A stretch of DNA of 59,580 nucleotides, taken from a virus (Duplodnaviria > Caudoviricetes). Under the pieces are notes generated by a model. The model was not told where the DNA came from. It did no database searches and saw only the letters and a list, made by a program, of their open reading frames with translations. The DNA is taken from IMG/VR virus record IMGVR_UViG_3300037785_000020, positions 1 to 59,580 of that record. One strand, given 5' to 3'. This document shows positions 19,498 to 28,494 of this stretch, piece by piece. Position numbers and translations under genes: made by a program. Within the stretch, counting starts at the first letter, position 1, and the number at the start of each line of letters is the position of its first letter.

Positions 19498-21469
19498 TAT
19501 TCACCTTTCCCATTAATTCTGCGTAGAGCATTGCTTTGGTGGGGTCGTTAATGACATCATCCACTTCTAAGCCAGTTGACTTAGCAAACTCTTTAATAAT
19601 CTTTTCCCAGTTAATCAGCGGAGCAAGAGCAGGGTTGGTACCTACTTGCATGAATGACAATAGTCGCTGTGACTGGATTTCTTTTTGTTGATAGGCTTGG
19701 GTGCCCTTGGCTCGGATACGAACATCACCACGGATTTCAGTAATCTCTTCGTTGAACTGCATATTCCAGTGGAAGAGAGCTTCACCTAAGGGTTCTAATA
19801 GATACTGGTCTAAGTTCTTAACGATAGATTTCAGGTGCGTGGTAGCAGCGTTCATCAGCATAGACATACCTGAGGCAGTCCGTGTTTGGCCGGTTGTGTA
19901 CTGACCATAGGAGTAGGATGGTTGGCCGGTTTCCTCATCAGCATACTGTCTGGCTTTGTCAGCTAACTGCATGTTGCTAGGTGCTACGTTCGGTGTGGTA
20001 ATAGAGTACACACTTTGGCCGGGAGCACCGCCATTGGTATAGAATATCTTACCGTTGTAGATGTCCATGTTCTGACCGGCAGAGAGATTATTCTCATTCA
20101 CCTCGAACATGACAGAGCCAGCAAACTTCAGGTTATCTACGGCCATACGCATAGAGCCGTTAATAATCATCTGAGAGTTACGCATATTGCGTGGTAGACC
20201 TTTGCCCCACATCTGGTTGGGATGTTCCTCATACGGTACAGCGTAGTACCAAGGTGCGTCATACACGTCAAAGGGGTTCAGAATAACTTTAAGAACTTCA
20301 TCTCCAGAAATCCATACATTCACAGGTACAAGATCAGAGAACTTTTCGATTTCCTCCTTACTAATACCGTCGATGTTCTCGAGCTGTTCTTGGGTTAGGT
20401 AGCCAGTAAATTCTAAGACTTCCCACTCCTCATTAGGGCCAAGAGACTCATTCTGGTTATCAAGCAGAGAGGTGGCTTCCCACCATTTATCTACATAATT
20501 ACCTTTGCCTTGGAGTAGGCGGTCAATAGCGTCTTTGAAGAAGAATGGCTGGTCTTTGAGGCGGCGAAGTTTGTGTCTGCTAAGCTTGTGGCGTTCGATA
20601 ACATAGGAAGCCTCTTCCATACGCCGTACATGCGGGTCAGGATAGACATTCCAAAGAGTAACAAACTCTGCCTTAGGTACAATTTTAATAATAGGTGAGT
20701 GTACTAAGCCCTCTTCACTATTTTCCCATTTGTGGATGGTTTGTCTGTGGGTCATAGGGCGCTTAACTACACCAGTGCCCATAGCACACATCTCAAGGAT
20801 CATAGCTCGGATTTCACGCTCAGTCTTCTGCTCTACTAGCTGATCTTGAATAACCTTGTTTAGCTTAGCAGCAGTCTCCTCAGCAGGAGAAATAGTTGGT
20901 GCGCCCGGTACATTACCCTCAACGAGCTTTTTACCTGCACCAATAAATTGTGATACACGGTCTTTTAATCCACCGAGAAGCGTAGCTTGGGTAGTGCCCG
21001 GCTCAATAACCCTGCCATCACCTTCATACCCGTAAGGGTCTTCCATTTCCTCAGGAACTATCGAGACTTCCTCGGCAATTCCCTCAGGTACAGGTGTAGG
21101 TTCTACATGGACAGGGAAAGTATCGTCACCAAAGAGGATTTCACATAGCTGCCCGTAGGAAGCCATAGTTTTTGTCTTGGTGATAGGTACTGTCAGGGCG
21201 GATGCAGTGGCGTTACGTTGCCTAGCAGCTTCTACAGCACGTTTCTCGTCATCAGATAACTCTCCGTTGAACTGTTTCCAGTCTTCAAGCCAGATTTGTT
21301 CCTGTGGACGTCTTGCATCCTCAGCCATCGTCTGTTTTTGCTTGATGTCATAGATCAGACCTTCTAACGCACTCTGCTTTTTGTACAGAGAATCGTTACT
21401 CAGGCGATCTTGAGCCTCACCGTCAGGTACAGCGGAGAGTATATCTGTTTTTGGATCAAAGATTTGCAA
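19313..21469 (-). CDS. Portal protein
   Basis: 718 aa; ITKTKT.A.YGQ, GTGV.K, W..YPDP, PYE..P...WG.G, TRTASGMSML motifs; follows TerL. Confidence 0.92.
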   Translation of the reverse strand: MQIFDPKTDILSAVPDGEAQDRLSNDSLYKKQSALEGLIYDIKQKQTMAEDARRPQEQIWLEDWKQFNGELSDDEKRAVEAARQRNATASALTVPITKTKTMASYGQLCEILFGDDTFPVHVEPTPVPEGIAEEVSIVPEEMEDPYGYEGDGRVIEPGTTQATLLGGLKDRVSQFIGAGKKLVEGNVPGAPTISPAEETAAKLNKVIQDQLVEQKTEREIRAMILEMCAMGTGVVKRPMTHRQTIHKWENSEEGLVHSPIIKIVPKAEFVTLWNVYPDPHVRRMEEASYVIERHKLSRHKLRRLKDQPFFFKDAIDRLLQGKGNYVDKWWEATSLLDNQNESLGPNEEWEVLEFTGYLTQEQLENIDGISKEEIEKFSDLVPVNVWISGDEVLKVILNPFDVYDAPWYYAVPYEEHPNQMWGKGLPRNMRNSQMIINGSMRMAVDNLKFAGSVMFEVNENNLSAGQNMDIYNGKIFYTNGGAPGQSVYSITTPNVAPSNMQLADKARQYADEETGQPSYSYGQYTTGQTRTASGMSMLMNAATTHLKSIVKNLDQYLLEPLGEALFHWNMQFNEEITEIRGDVRIRAKGTQAYQQKEIQSQRLLSFMQVGTNPALAPLINWEKIIKEFAKSTGLEVDDVINDPTKAMLYAELMGKVNNAINQGTGQANGNPMPGGGQGGSQPSTGGVNPQDQSGSGGGNIGVGNPESFGPNQSGSPAQ

Positions 21470-21470
21470 T

Positions 21471-21695
21471 TTACTTGCCTTTTTTACCGCAATTTTTGCC
21501 TGAAACCGGGATCATACCGTCTTCAAATTTGTGAGACATCAGCTTGTTAGGCATGGATTTTTCATTTTTGAAGGTAGCAGACAGAGACAGGTCATTCTTC
21601 GGGGTCATAACTGATTTGTCTTTTGTAGCTTCCATGTTATTCTTCATAACCTGCCCGCGAACAGGGACAGTTTCTCGTACGTTTTTCATTTTCAT
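21471..21695 (-). CDS. Small basic hypothetical protein
   Basis: AAGGAAAC RBS; 74 aa, K/M-rich. Confidence 0.6.
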   Translation of the reverse strand: MKMKNVRETVPVRGQVMKNNMEATKDKSVMTPKNDLSLSATFKNEKSMPNKLMSHKFEDGMIPVSGKNCGKKGK

Positions 21696-21758
21696 AGTAG
21701 TTTCCTTAAGGTTGGTTAATATTCCCTAGACAGATTGAGCTCGTTGCCTTAGGAAATT

Positions 21759-23879
21759 CTAATAGCCAAACACCGAGTTGATTACGGGTGGGGGCTTTTT
21801 ATACTCTGGTTTATCAAAGAATGATGTGTAGCGTGGGCGGGACAGTAAGAAGAAACGTATGGCGTCCCACGGGTGGTCGTTCTTATGTTTGGTGTCCACA
21901 TCATCTGGGTTTTTGTCATCTGCGGGGAGGGTAGATAAGGAGTCTATAGTCTCGGTGCAGGTGTCAAATATCTGTATTTTAGGTTCGCCTAGGAGTTGGT
22001 CGTCTGCTAAGGCTTGGTGCATAAGCATTTTACCTGCGAGGCGGGAGCCTTGGGATTTATCAGCGTAGCGCCAGATACAGCCCTCTTTACGCATTAACTG
22101 CTCAATACTCATAGGTTGGCCACGTTTATCACCTACTGAGCCATCGATTACACCGTACTGTACATGCTCGCCTTTTTCTAGCTCGAGAACTTTTCTGGCG
22201 TAGACATCAGCGTTAACATCTGTCGCACAATACTCCCGGTAGATATAAGCAACCTCATTTTGGTCTAAAGCAAACCAAAGTGTTACAGCTCTTGTGCTAT
22301 ATCCCCAGTCACACGCTCTAAACCGAGGCCAACTGTGGGGGATAGAGAAGGGTTTAACTACATGCCTAGCACGATCAAACTCGGGGAAAGCCATGCCATC
22401 ACCACCATCCCACGTGCCTTCTAACCATCTCTTTCTTTTATCTTCAGGTAGGGCGGCGAGAGATGCAACGTAAGAATCTTTAATAAGCGGATTATCCATG
22501 AAGTTGGATGTGATCCACTTGCGAGTAGTATAATGGGTCTTCCCGGTATAATCATTTTTGTACTTTACAACGATAGTGGAGTTTTCAGGTCCTTGGTTAA
22601 TAAACCTGTTCTTAACCCATTGAAAGCCAACACCGTAAGGGTTGGTTGTGCAAAGCACTTGTGCAGGTAGGTCTGGGTCGGTAGTACGGACTGAGGAGAT
22701 CAATGCAATATACATATCCTCCTCCGCAATCATCGTCAATTCGTCCACTGCTAGGATACAAAATTCACGACCACGGTACCGTTCTACGTCATCCTTGCCC
22801 TCACAATAACCAAACTCTAGGAAGGCACCTGAAGGGAAATATATTCTATTCTCGGAAGCTCGCCACTTTGTACCGGGTACAGCATCCTTACACATTGCCT
22901 TGGCTTTGGAGATAAGGTCTTGTAACTCTCGCATGGTACGACGGATTACAAGGGCTCGATAGTTGCGATTACCTATATATTCCGGTCTTAGGAGTGCTGC
23001 GATGAGTGCACTCGATTTACCTGAGTTGTGGGTTATAATACCACTATTAGTTTTAAAAAGCGAATCCTCTGCACTTACTGTTATACACCTAACAGGGTGT
23101 ACTCCTATCGCACGGATGTCACTTATAGATTGCCTAGTTAATACTGGTTGCCACCCATCCATTATAGTCTCTTGTAGCAACTCCACCGTGCTGCCATTTA
23201 ACCAATAATCTTGGATAGTGAAGGCCGGTAGGAGTTTTTTGGTGCCGTCCACATAAACTGGGTACAGATGCGCTTCCCCACATCGGGTAACAAGGCCGGT
23301 TTCTGTAGTAAGTTCAAGACAATCATCTAACCCCTCATACGGTATGTCAGTGATGACTGTTTTTCTATTACTCAAATGGTCTATACAGTCACCCACACGC
23401 AACTGCTCAATAGGAACTTCTTTACCGTCAACGAGGACGCTTTCTCCACACACCAGCGGGCCGCGCCCGCCGCTAAGGAGAACTTCATCTTCACCTGCTT
23501 CTAGGAACTCTGTTTGAGGTGAGCGGCCTGTAGTTGGGTTGACAAGAGGTTCAAATAACTTAGGTGTGTTCTTAAGATCGGTGCGGGCAGCTTCCGGTAG
23601 TTCTGGGTCGTCTAAGAGACTAGCATCTATGATGCCGACTTCTTTGTCTATAACTTCTTTAACACCCTTGAGCTTATTCTTCGTTGCTTGGGCTTTCTGC
23701 TTCTCCTCCCAGTTTTTCTGGGCTTCCTCCGTAGTCTTCGATCTGTAGCTCGAGCTCTTCAAGCGTCTTTCCGCCTTTTCTGCCTCGCGGATTTTCTTGT
23801 TTAAGGTGGTCTTCGTATGCTTCTTGCGCGTTTGTTTCTGCTTCTGCGAGGGCAGATCGGTAAAGCCTTTCCCTTTCAT
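21759..23879 (-). CDS. terL: Terminase large subunit (intein-containing)
   Basis: Walker A GGRG|SGKS split by an intein, Walker B LAVDEL, TTNP coupling motif, DWGY nuclease motif, DH.WDA.RF. Confidence 0.95.
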   Translation of the reverse strand: MKGKGFTDLPSQKQKQTRKKHTKTTLNKKIREAEKAERRLKSSSYRSKTTEEAQKNWEEKQKAQATKNKLKGVKEVIDKEVGIIDASLLDDPELPEAARTDLKNTPKLFEPLVNPTTGRSPQTEFLEAGEDEVLLSGGRGPLVCGESVLVDGKEVPIEQLRVGDCIDHLSNRKTVITDIPYEGLDDCLELTTETGLVTRCGEAHLYPVYVDGTKKLLPAFTIQDYWLNGSTVELLQETIMDGWQPVLTRQSISDIRAIGVHPVRCITVSAEDSLFKTNSGIITHNSGKSSALIAALLRPEYIGNRNYRALVIRRTMRELQDLISKAKAMCKDAVPGTKWRASENRIYFPSGAFLEFGYCEGKDDVERYRGREFCILAVDELTMIAEEDMYIALISSVRTTDPDLPAQVLCTTNPYGVGFQWVKNRFINQGPENSTIVVKYKNDYTGKTHYTTRKWITSNFMDNPLIKDSYVASLAALPEDKRKRWLEGTWDGGDGMAFPEFDRARHVVKPFSIPHSWPRFRACDWGYSTRAVTLWFALDQNEVAYIYREYCATDVNADVYARKVLELEKGEHVQYGVIDGSVGDKRGQPMSIEQLMRKEGCIWRYADKSQGSRLAGKMLMHQALADDQLLGEPKIQIFDTCTETIDSLSTLPADDKNPDDVDTKHKNDHPWDAIRFFLLSRPRYTSFFDKPEYKKPPPVINSVFGY
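23025..23459 (-). mobile_element. Class 3-like mini-intein (145 aa) in TerL
   Basis: Starts with Pro (PLVCGESVLV), block F VRCITV, ends ITHN/S; no endonuclease. Confidence 0.85.
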
Positions 23880-24225
23880 GTAATGGTTCCTCTATTTCTT
23901 TGAACACAGGGCGGGAGTGGTACAGCCTAGAGAAAGTATCTGTTCGTAAGGCGTAGCCTGTATTCTCTTTGTACCATTCTACCAGTACGGGGCCTGTGTA
24001 ACCGTCATTAAATGCTTTGTACGCTACCCGAAGTGCTCTAAGGAGTCTTACATTAGGTAGCATCAATCTTTCGTTGTATGGAGAGCGGTAGTAGCCGAAA
24101 GGAGGGTTATTGTAGACTCTATCTGCGATGATAGGTAGCCCATAGGCCATACGGAGCATTTCTATTGCTTTTCTGGCCCGCTTAGGTTCGTATTGTCCTC
24201 GCCTTGCACGTTTAAACGTCGTCAT
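23674..24225 (-). CDS. Conserved protein upstream of TerL (PFGY motif)
   Basis: NNPPFGY followed by a helical/HTH-like region ending W....TG; overlaps the TerL start. Confidence 0.65.
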   Translation of the reverse strand: MTTFKRARRGQYEPKRARKAIEMLRMAYGLPIIADRVYNNPPFGYYRSPYNERLMLPNVRLLRALRVAYKAFNDGYTGPVLVEWYKENTGYALRTDTFSRLYHSRPVFKEIEEPLHERERLYRSALAEAETNAQEAYEDHLKQENPRGRKGGKTLEELELQIEDYGGSPEKLGGEAESPSNEE

Positions 24226-24628
24226 CTTCTATGCTGATTTCTACTTTCTTCTTCGCAGGTAAGACGATAACACCATTAGGTGCTTCAATCTGCTGGTCAC
24301 CACCTTTGTACGGGATAGTGCTTGCATCCAAAACGGCTTGGGCGGCTGAAAGTTGGAGTTTACCCTCTTTGTTGGAGGGGTTACGCATGACGTTGAGCAT
24401 GGTTGAAAATGCCTCAAGACCGTATAGAGATACATGATTCTTATAGCCCTCGTAGATAGCATCACGAATTACTTTGTACTTTACGATGTTTGTCCAGTGG
24501 TCTGTGTAGCCTGCATGTTTAGCAGCGTCGTCTAGGAGCTTCGGGCCGTAGGGCACACCTTCGTGCATTGCACCGAACAGGTACTCAATAAATGCTTTTT
24601 GCTTTTCGTTTAATTCCTGCTTACTCAT
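24212..24628 (-). CDS. terS: Terminase small subunit
   Basis: ELNEKQKAFIEYLF..AAKHAGY..AAQAVLD..VIVLPAK; start most likely MSKQEL at 24628. Confidence 0.75.
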   Translation of the reverse strand: MSKQELNEKQKAFIEYLFGAMHEGVPYGPKLLDDAAKHAGYTDHWTNIVKYKVIRDAIYEGYKNHVSLYGLEAFSTMLNVMRNPSNKEGKLQLSAAQAVLDASTIPYKGGDQQIEAPNGVIVLPAKKKVEISIEDDDV

Positions 24629-25019
24629 TGCCTGCCCCTTCACTCAATCCCATTGCATCCATCGCTATAGATGCGGCGCTGCCAGTGTTTTCCAATGTCA
24701 TGTATAAAATCTTTGTTGATCTGGCTGCGCGGTTCAGATGATTGCGCTCCTGCAAAATATCAAAAGCCGCTTGTGCTGCTTGCTGGTCCACAGTGAAATC
24801 TACGGTGTTTTCAGGAAAAGAGGAGAGGCCGGAAAGAAATGTGCTGGATACTGGGAAGCATACGAACGAAAACAAATCACCCAAAGAGTTTTCCCATTTG
24901 CAAAGCTTAAAGGTCCTTTTATCTGCCTCTTTGCCATTCATGATAGCCACAAGGCTATTCATGCCGCTCATGTGATTTTCCGGCACTGCAAAGGCTATCT
25001 GGCTTGTAAAATCCGTCAT
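24621..25019 (-). CDS. Hypothetical protein, possible fibre-associated chaperone
   Basis: 132 aa, starts 2 nt after the lectin-like gene and shares its composition. Confidence 0.55.
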   Translation of the reverse strand: MTDFTSQIAFAVPENHMSGMNSLVAIMNGKEADKRTFKLCKWENSLGDLFSFVCFPVSSTFLSGLSSFPENTVDFTVDQQAAQAAFDILQERNHLNRAARSTKILYMTLENTGSAASIAMDAMGLSEGAGNE

Positions 25020-25021
25020 GA

Positions 25022-26200
25022 TTACATTCTCGCGTTTAACCAGTTATGGATTGCCGCAATCTCCCCTGCGGTCGGGCTTTCTGTGCGAACCACCCATGCG
25101 CTTGCGTAAAGGTTCATCGCTCCATAGAAGCCGGAAAAGTTCCCGGAAAAGCCAATTATCCAGTCCTCTCCAGTAGGCGGCGTTCCAGCAGTAGCATCCC
25201 AAGTTACATCTAAAACAACGGTTGTCTTTCCTTCACCAACAAATGTGTTACCCAAAGCCAGTCGATCATCTTTTGCGCCGGTAGTATCAAGAGAACCATT
25301 AATATACACATTGTTAATTGTGCCATTGGCAATTGGAGTGTTAGGCCCCCCTCCGGTGCTCCACGCAAATATAGACGAACCAGCGTTCGTTTCGCCCCAT
25401 AAGGGTATTCTTGTATCGGAAGTCTCGATAGCATGCCCAAGCAACATATTCTTGCTGCTAAGGTCCAGTGCGCCTGAGCCGGTCGCCAAAATGTGATTGG
25501 TTCCGTTGAACTCAAGATAGTTGTTGGTTCCATCATTGCGAAGCACCGGGCGGTCTGCGCTGGTGATCTGGTTCCACATATCATTGACTTCAGTCACGCT
25601 GATAGAATCAATGCTGAGTGTGGAGCCTGCGCTGGCTGCTCCGCCAATGCCTGCGCCAACAAGTCTGGCGGTTGAATCTGCGCGGCGGTAAAAAGTATAG
25701 GTTCCGGGTGTGTTGCCAAAAGGGTAATTCACGTTAAAAGCTGTAATAAAGCAATTACCCGCATCTACCGAAACGCCGGTGATGACCACTTCTACTTTAT
25801 ACCATCGGCCTACTTCAAGCCCCGTAACTGATTGCTGAAGCGCGAGACCAGTGCCTGTACTCAATCTCTCCAACGTCACCACCCCGCCAGACACCGTTGC
25901 TGACAAGCCATCGCCAACAGACCAATCAGTAGCGTCCGTGTCAAAATCCCCGTTGCTTTCAAGCCGAGAGCCTTTATATATCGCCCCGCCATTGGGAAGC
26001 ACCAGCCCTACCGGGTCACCGGCGCTGGCTGCGGTCTGGTCGTCATCCTGAAAAACCACGCCGGAAAGAGTGGTAAGATCAAGTAAGCTGCCGGGGTTTG
26101 CGCCGTCATTGAATAAGGAGAAAATATCCACACCTCTGCCGCCGCCATTCATAAAGTTGAAAAAGTTGCCGTAGAGAGTCAAGTTACATGCCTCGAGCAA
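25022..26200 (-). CDS. Carbohydrate-binding / LamG-like fibre protein
   Basis: FQDD..T.....GDPVGL, NGDF.....W, IDSISV.EV, Q.T...RP, YLEFNG motifs; start uncertain. Confidence 0.65.
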   Translation of the reverse strand: MLEACNLTLYGNFFNFMNGGGRGVDIFSLFNDGANPGSLLDLTTLSGVVFQDDDQTAASAGDPVGLVLPNGGAIYKGSRLESNGDFDTDATDWSVGDGLSATVSGGVVTLERLSTGTGLALQQSVTGLEVGRWYKVEVVITGVSVDAGNCFITAFNVNYPFGNTPGTYTFYRRADSTARLVGAGIGGAASAGSTLSIDSISVTEVNDMWNQITSADRPVLRNDGTNNYLEFNGTNHILATGSGALDLSSKNMLLGHAIETSDTRIPLWGETNAGSSIFAWSTGGGPNTPIANGTINNVYINGSLDTTGAKDDRLALGNTFVGEGKTTVVLDVTWDATAGTPPTGEDWIIGFSGNFSGFYGAMNLYASAWVVRTESPTAGEIAAIHNWLNARM

Positions 26201-26525
26201 CTAAGGTTAGATCAATAGCGCCTGTCTGGGTGCCAACTACCGGTTTGATATAGCGAATACCCGCAACTTTGCTTGGGTCGATAGGTATATATTTACTTGC
26301 GCCGATTGTACCGTCAGGTGTGTATTCTACAGCCAGATAAGTACCATCTAGGGTTGTCGAGGCTGTGAATGTCAGAGTAGAACCATCAAAACCAGACGGG
26401 ATATGTACTCCGCATAGTGTTTTACTACCTAAGTCGATACCGGCAGACGTAGTAGTACCACTGTCAGCAATAGAAGCTGTAAAAGCCTCAATCGCGCCGT
26501 TTTCTAGGTTTACTTTCGTTACCAT
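26184..26525 (-). CDS. Small beta-rich virion protein
   Basis: AAGGA RBS; IDL....L.G..IP..F....LTF..S...GTY pattern. Confidence 0.6.
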   Translation of the reverse strand: MVTKVNLENGAIEAFTASIADSGTTTSAGIDLGSKTLCGVHIPSGFDGSTLTFTASTTLDGTYLAVEYTPDGTIGASKYIPIDPSKVAGIRYIKPVVGTQTGAIDLTLVARGM

Positions 26526-26556
26526 CTTTAATAATTCCTTGTGTTAACCATACTAT

Positions 26557-26599
26557 ACTCAGGAGGGGGTAATTCTCCTTTGGAACTACCCCACCTGAG
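26557..26599 (-). terminator. Long intergenic stem-loop
   Basis: CTCAGG-TGGGGTAGTTC / GAATTACCCC-CT-CCTGAG; no clear U-tract. Confidence 0.5.
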
Positions 26600-26621
26600 A
26601 TGGTTTTTACTTGCTTAGGCA

Positions 26622-27164
26622 TTAAGCAGCGGTCGTAATAGTGATTGCATCCTGTACAGAGCAATATGCAGTCATGAACCAGTTTGTACCATCAGAGATG
26701 ACTCGTACACGATCACCAACTACGGCTTTGGAATCAACCAAAGTAATAGTATCACCACCAGAAGCTTCAAAATCACCAGAGCCAGCAGCATCTTCGCTGG
26801 ATACAACATGACCTACAATAATATTATCCCCACCATTGGTTACGATGGTGTAGGAAGCACCGGAAGGGGCAGCAGCTACGAAGAACTCAAACTCAAGACC
26901 AGCAGCAGGTGCAGGAAGAGTGCTCACAAACTCAGTAGCAGAGCTCAGGAAGAAAGTAGTACCTGTCTCAGCAGCGGTGATTACATTAGTAGCAGTTACG
27001 GTTTCAGTAGTTTTAGTGCCCGCGCCAACAGTAATAGTACCACCAGACTCACTGATAGTGATGTTGTTACCTGCGGTGAGGGTGTTAATAGAGCCCTTAA
27101 CTCGACGGGTATCCCCGAGCAAGGAGGTGCCTGTTGTAGCGGCATCGGATAGACGATAAGACAT
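26622..27164 (-). CDS. Virion structural (head fibre/decoration-like) protein
   Basis: TLPAPAAGLEFEFFV and VGDRV.VISDGTNW motifs; T/A/G-rich. Confidence 0.65.
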   Translation of the reverse strand: MSYRLSDAATTGTSLLGDTRRVKGSINTLTAGNNITISESGGTITVGAGTKTTETVTATNVITAAETGTTFFLSSATEFVSTLPAPAAGLEFEFFVAAAPSGASYTIVTNGGDNIIVGHVVSSEDAAGSGDFEASGGDTITLVDSKAVVGDRVRVISDGTNWFMTAYCSVQDAITITTAA

Positions 27165-27247
27165 TTTGTTTTCTCTTTCTAATTTCTGAAAATGTTTAGT
27201 TAACCGGTCTGTATGCAGACTCTTCTTGCTCTTGGCTAAGGTGGGTG

Positions 27248-27304
27248 TTATTTACCCTTCTTACCGTAGCCTTTAGACTTTTTACCTTTACACATTGAAG
27301 CCAT
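27248..27304 (-). CDS. 18-aa basic peptide MASMCKGKKSKGYGKKGK
   Basis: AGGT RBS, ATG, in-frame TAA. Confidence 0.45.
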   Translation of the reverse strand: MASMCKGKKSKGYGKKGK

Positions 27305-27334
27305 TTGGATTACCTATCTTTCTTAGTTGGGGGT

Positions 27335-27670
27335 TTAATCTCCACATAGGAGTTCTAAAAAATAATCTTTACTACAATGGGGGCAGAGAGTACCGTCGGA
27401 GTAGCTTATGTCAAAACCGATACCCTCTACCATCTCAGGTATCAACTGCTCCCAGTCGTAAATATCTCGTACAAACTTCAGGAGAGGTTCATCACATCCG
27501 GGACAGCTGAATAACTCACCCTCAGTGCGAATAATATTAGGATTTTTTGACACTGCGTCTCCCCGCTTAGTTCCGGGGTAGCTTACACGTTTATGTGTCT
27601 TACCCTCAGAATCCTTGTAGGTGGTGCCATCCCGATATTTGGTATCTGCTGAAACTTTCTTCTTAGTCAT
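27335..27670 (-). CDS. Zinc-ribbon protein with basic N-terminus
   Basis: CPGC...CPHC; ATG at 27670. Confidence 0.55.
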   Translation of the reverse strand: MTKKKVSADTKYRDGTTYKDSEGKTHKRVSYPGTKRGDAVSKNPNIIRTEGELFSCPGCDEPLLKFVRDIYDWEQLIPEMVEGIGFDISYSDGTLCPHCSKDYFLELLCGD

Positions 27671-27860
27671 ACCTAGCACGCTTACCTTTAGACATACGGT
27701 TCTGCTTATTCTTAGCCGCTTCTTTCTTACGCTTCTCTTTTTCCTTAGGGGAGCGGATGGGTAAACTGGATATATCCTTAGTCTCAGCCCTGAACTCTTC
27801 GTAGAGGTCTGGACGATTCTCTTTCATCCATTGTGCTTGCTTGTGTGAGGAAAATGGCAT
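27663..27860 (-). CDS. Small basic phage protein (MPF.S.KQ..WM type)
   Basis: N-terminal motif common in aquatic phages. Confidence 0.65.
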   Translation of the reverse strand: MPFSSHKQAQWMKENRPDLYEEFRAETKDISSLPIRSPKEKEKRKKEAAKNKQNRMSKGKRARYD

Positions 27861-27985
27861 AGGGGTAATACGACACCCCCTGTTGGCGCAAGGGGTGGCC
27901 TTTGGTAAGGTCTTAATTGGGATGGTATGAACAGAGCCCAGTTAGTAGAACTCTAGGAATGAAGAAGTTTTACTTAATATGTACT

Positions 27986-28014
27986 ATTATACCATAGATA
28001 AATAGTAATGTCAA
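27986..28014 (-). promoter_or_regulatory. sigma70 promoter, perfect consensus
   Basis: TTGACA-N17-TATAAT with TG extension. Confidence 0.85.
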
Positions 28015-28055
28015 GCTTTTTCTTTACTTTTCTTAGTTTTTTATTAAGTTTTTTA

Positions 28056-28277
28056 CTAAGGGTTTGTTTTGTAAGGTTCTATTTCTTTATATTTATCCTC
28101 AGGGAAGACTACAGTACCTTCATTGTGCATAAACTGGATAAATCTATGGTATAGATCAGTCTTACCCGCCTTAGCATAGGTCTTTAGCTTAAGGTACACC
28201 ATAAACTCCTGCTCAGGCTTACCTTCGTAGGTATCCAGTAGACTCTTGAGGTACTTTAATTCTGAGGTATGTAACAT
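28056..28277 (-). CDS. Hypothetical protein, probably leaderless
   Basis: 73 aa; only 6 nt separate TATAAT from the ATG. Confidence 0.65.
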   Translation of the reverse strand: MLHTSELKYLKSLLDTYEGKPEQEFMVYLKLKTYAKAGKTDLYHRFIQFMHNEGTVVFPEDKYKEIEPYKTNP

Positions 28278-28283
28278 AAGTGT

Positions 28284-28312
28284 ATTATATCATAGTTAAA
28301 CACCTATGTCAA
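28284..28312 (-). promoter_or_regulatory. sigma70 promoter, perfect consensus
   Basis: TTGACA-N17-TATAAT with TG extension. Confidence 0.85.
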
Positions 28313-28494
28313 GTATTAATGATTAACTTAGTTAAGTCTTAGGTAATTTATTATTTTTTATCTTAGTTAATCTTTAGTAGATACACCTACCCCCTTTCGT
28401 ACTGTGGTAAACTCACTCAGCAAAAGATTAAAAAAATAATCTTAGTGAATATTTAAATAATTACCTTAGGTCTGGGCTAAGTTAGTTATCAAAA

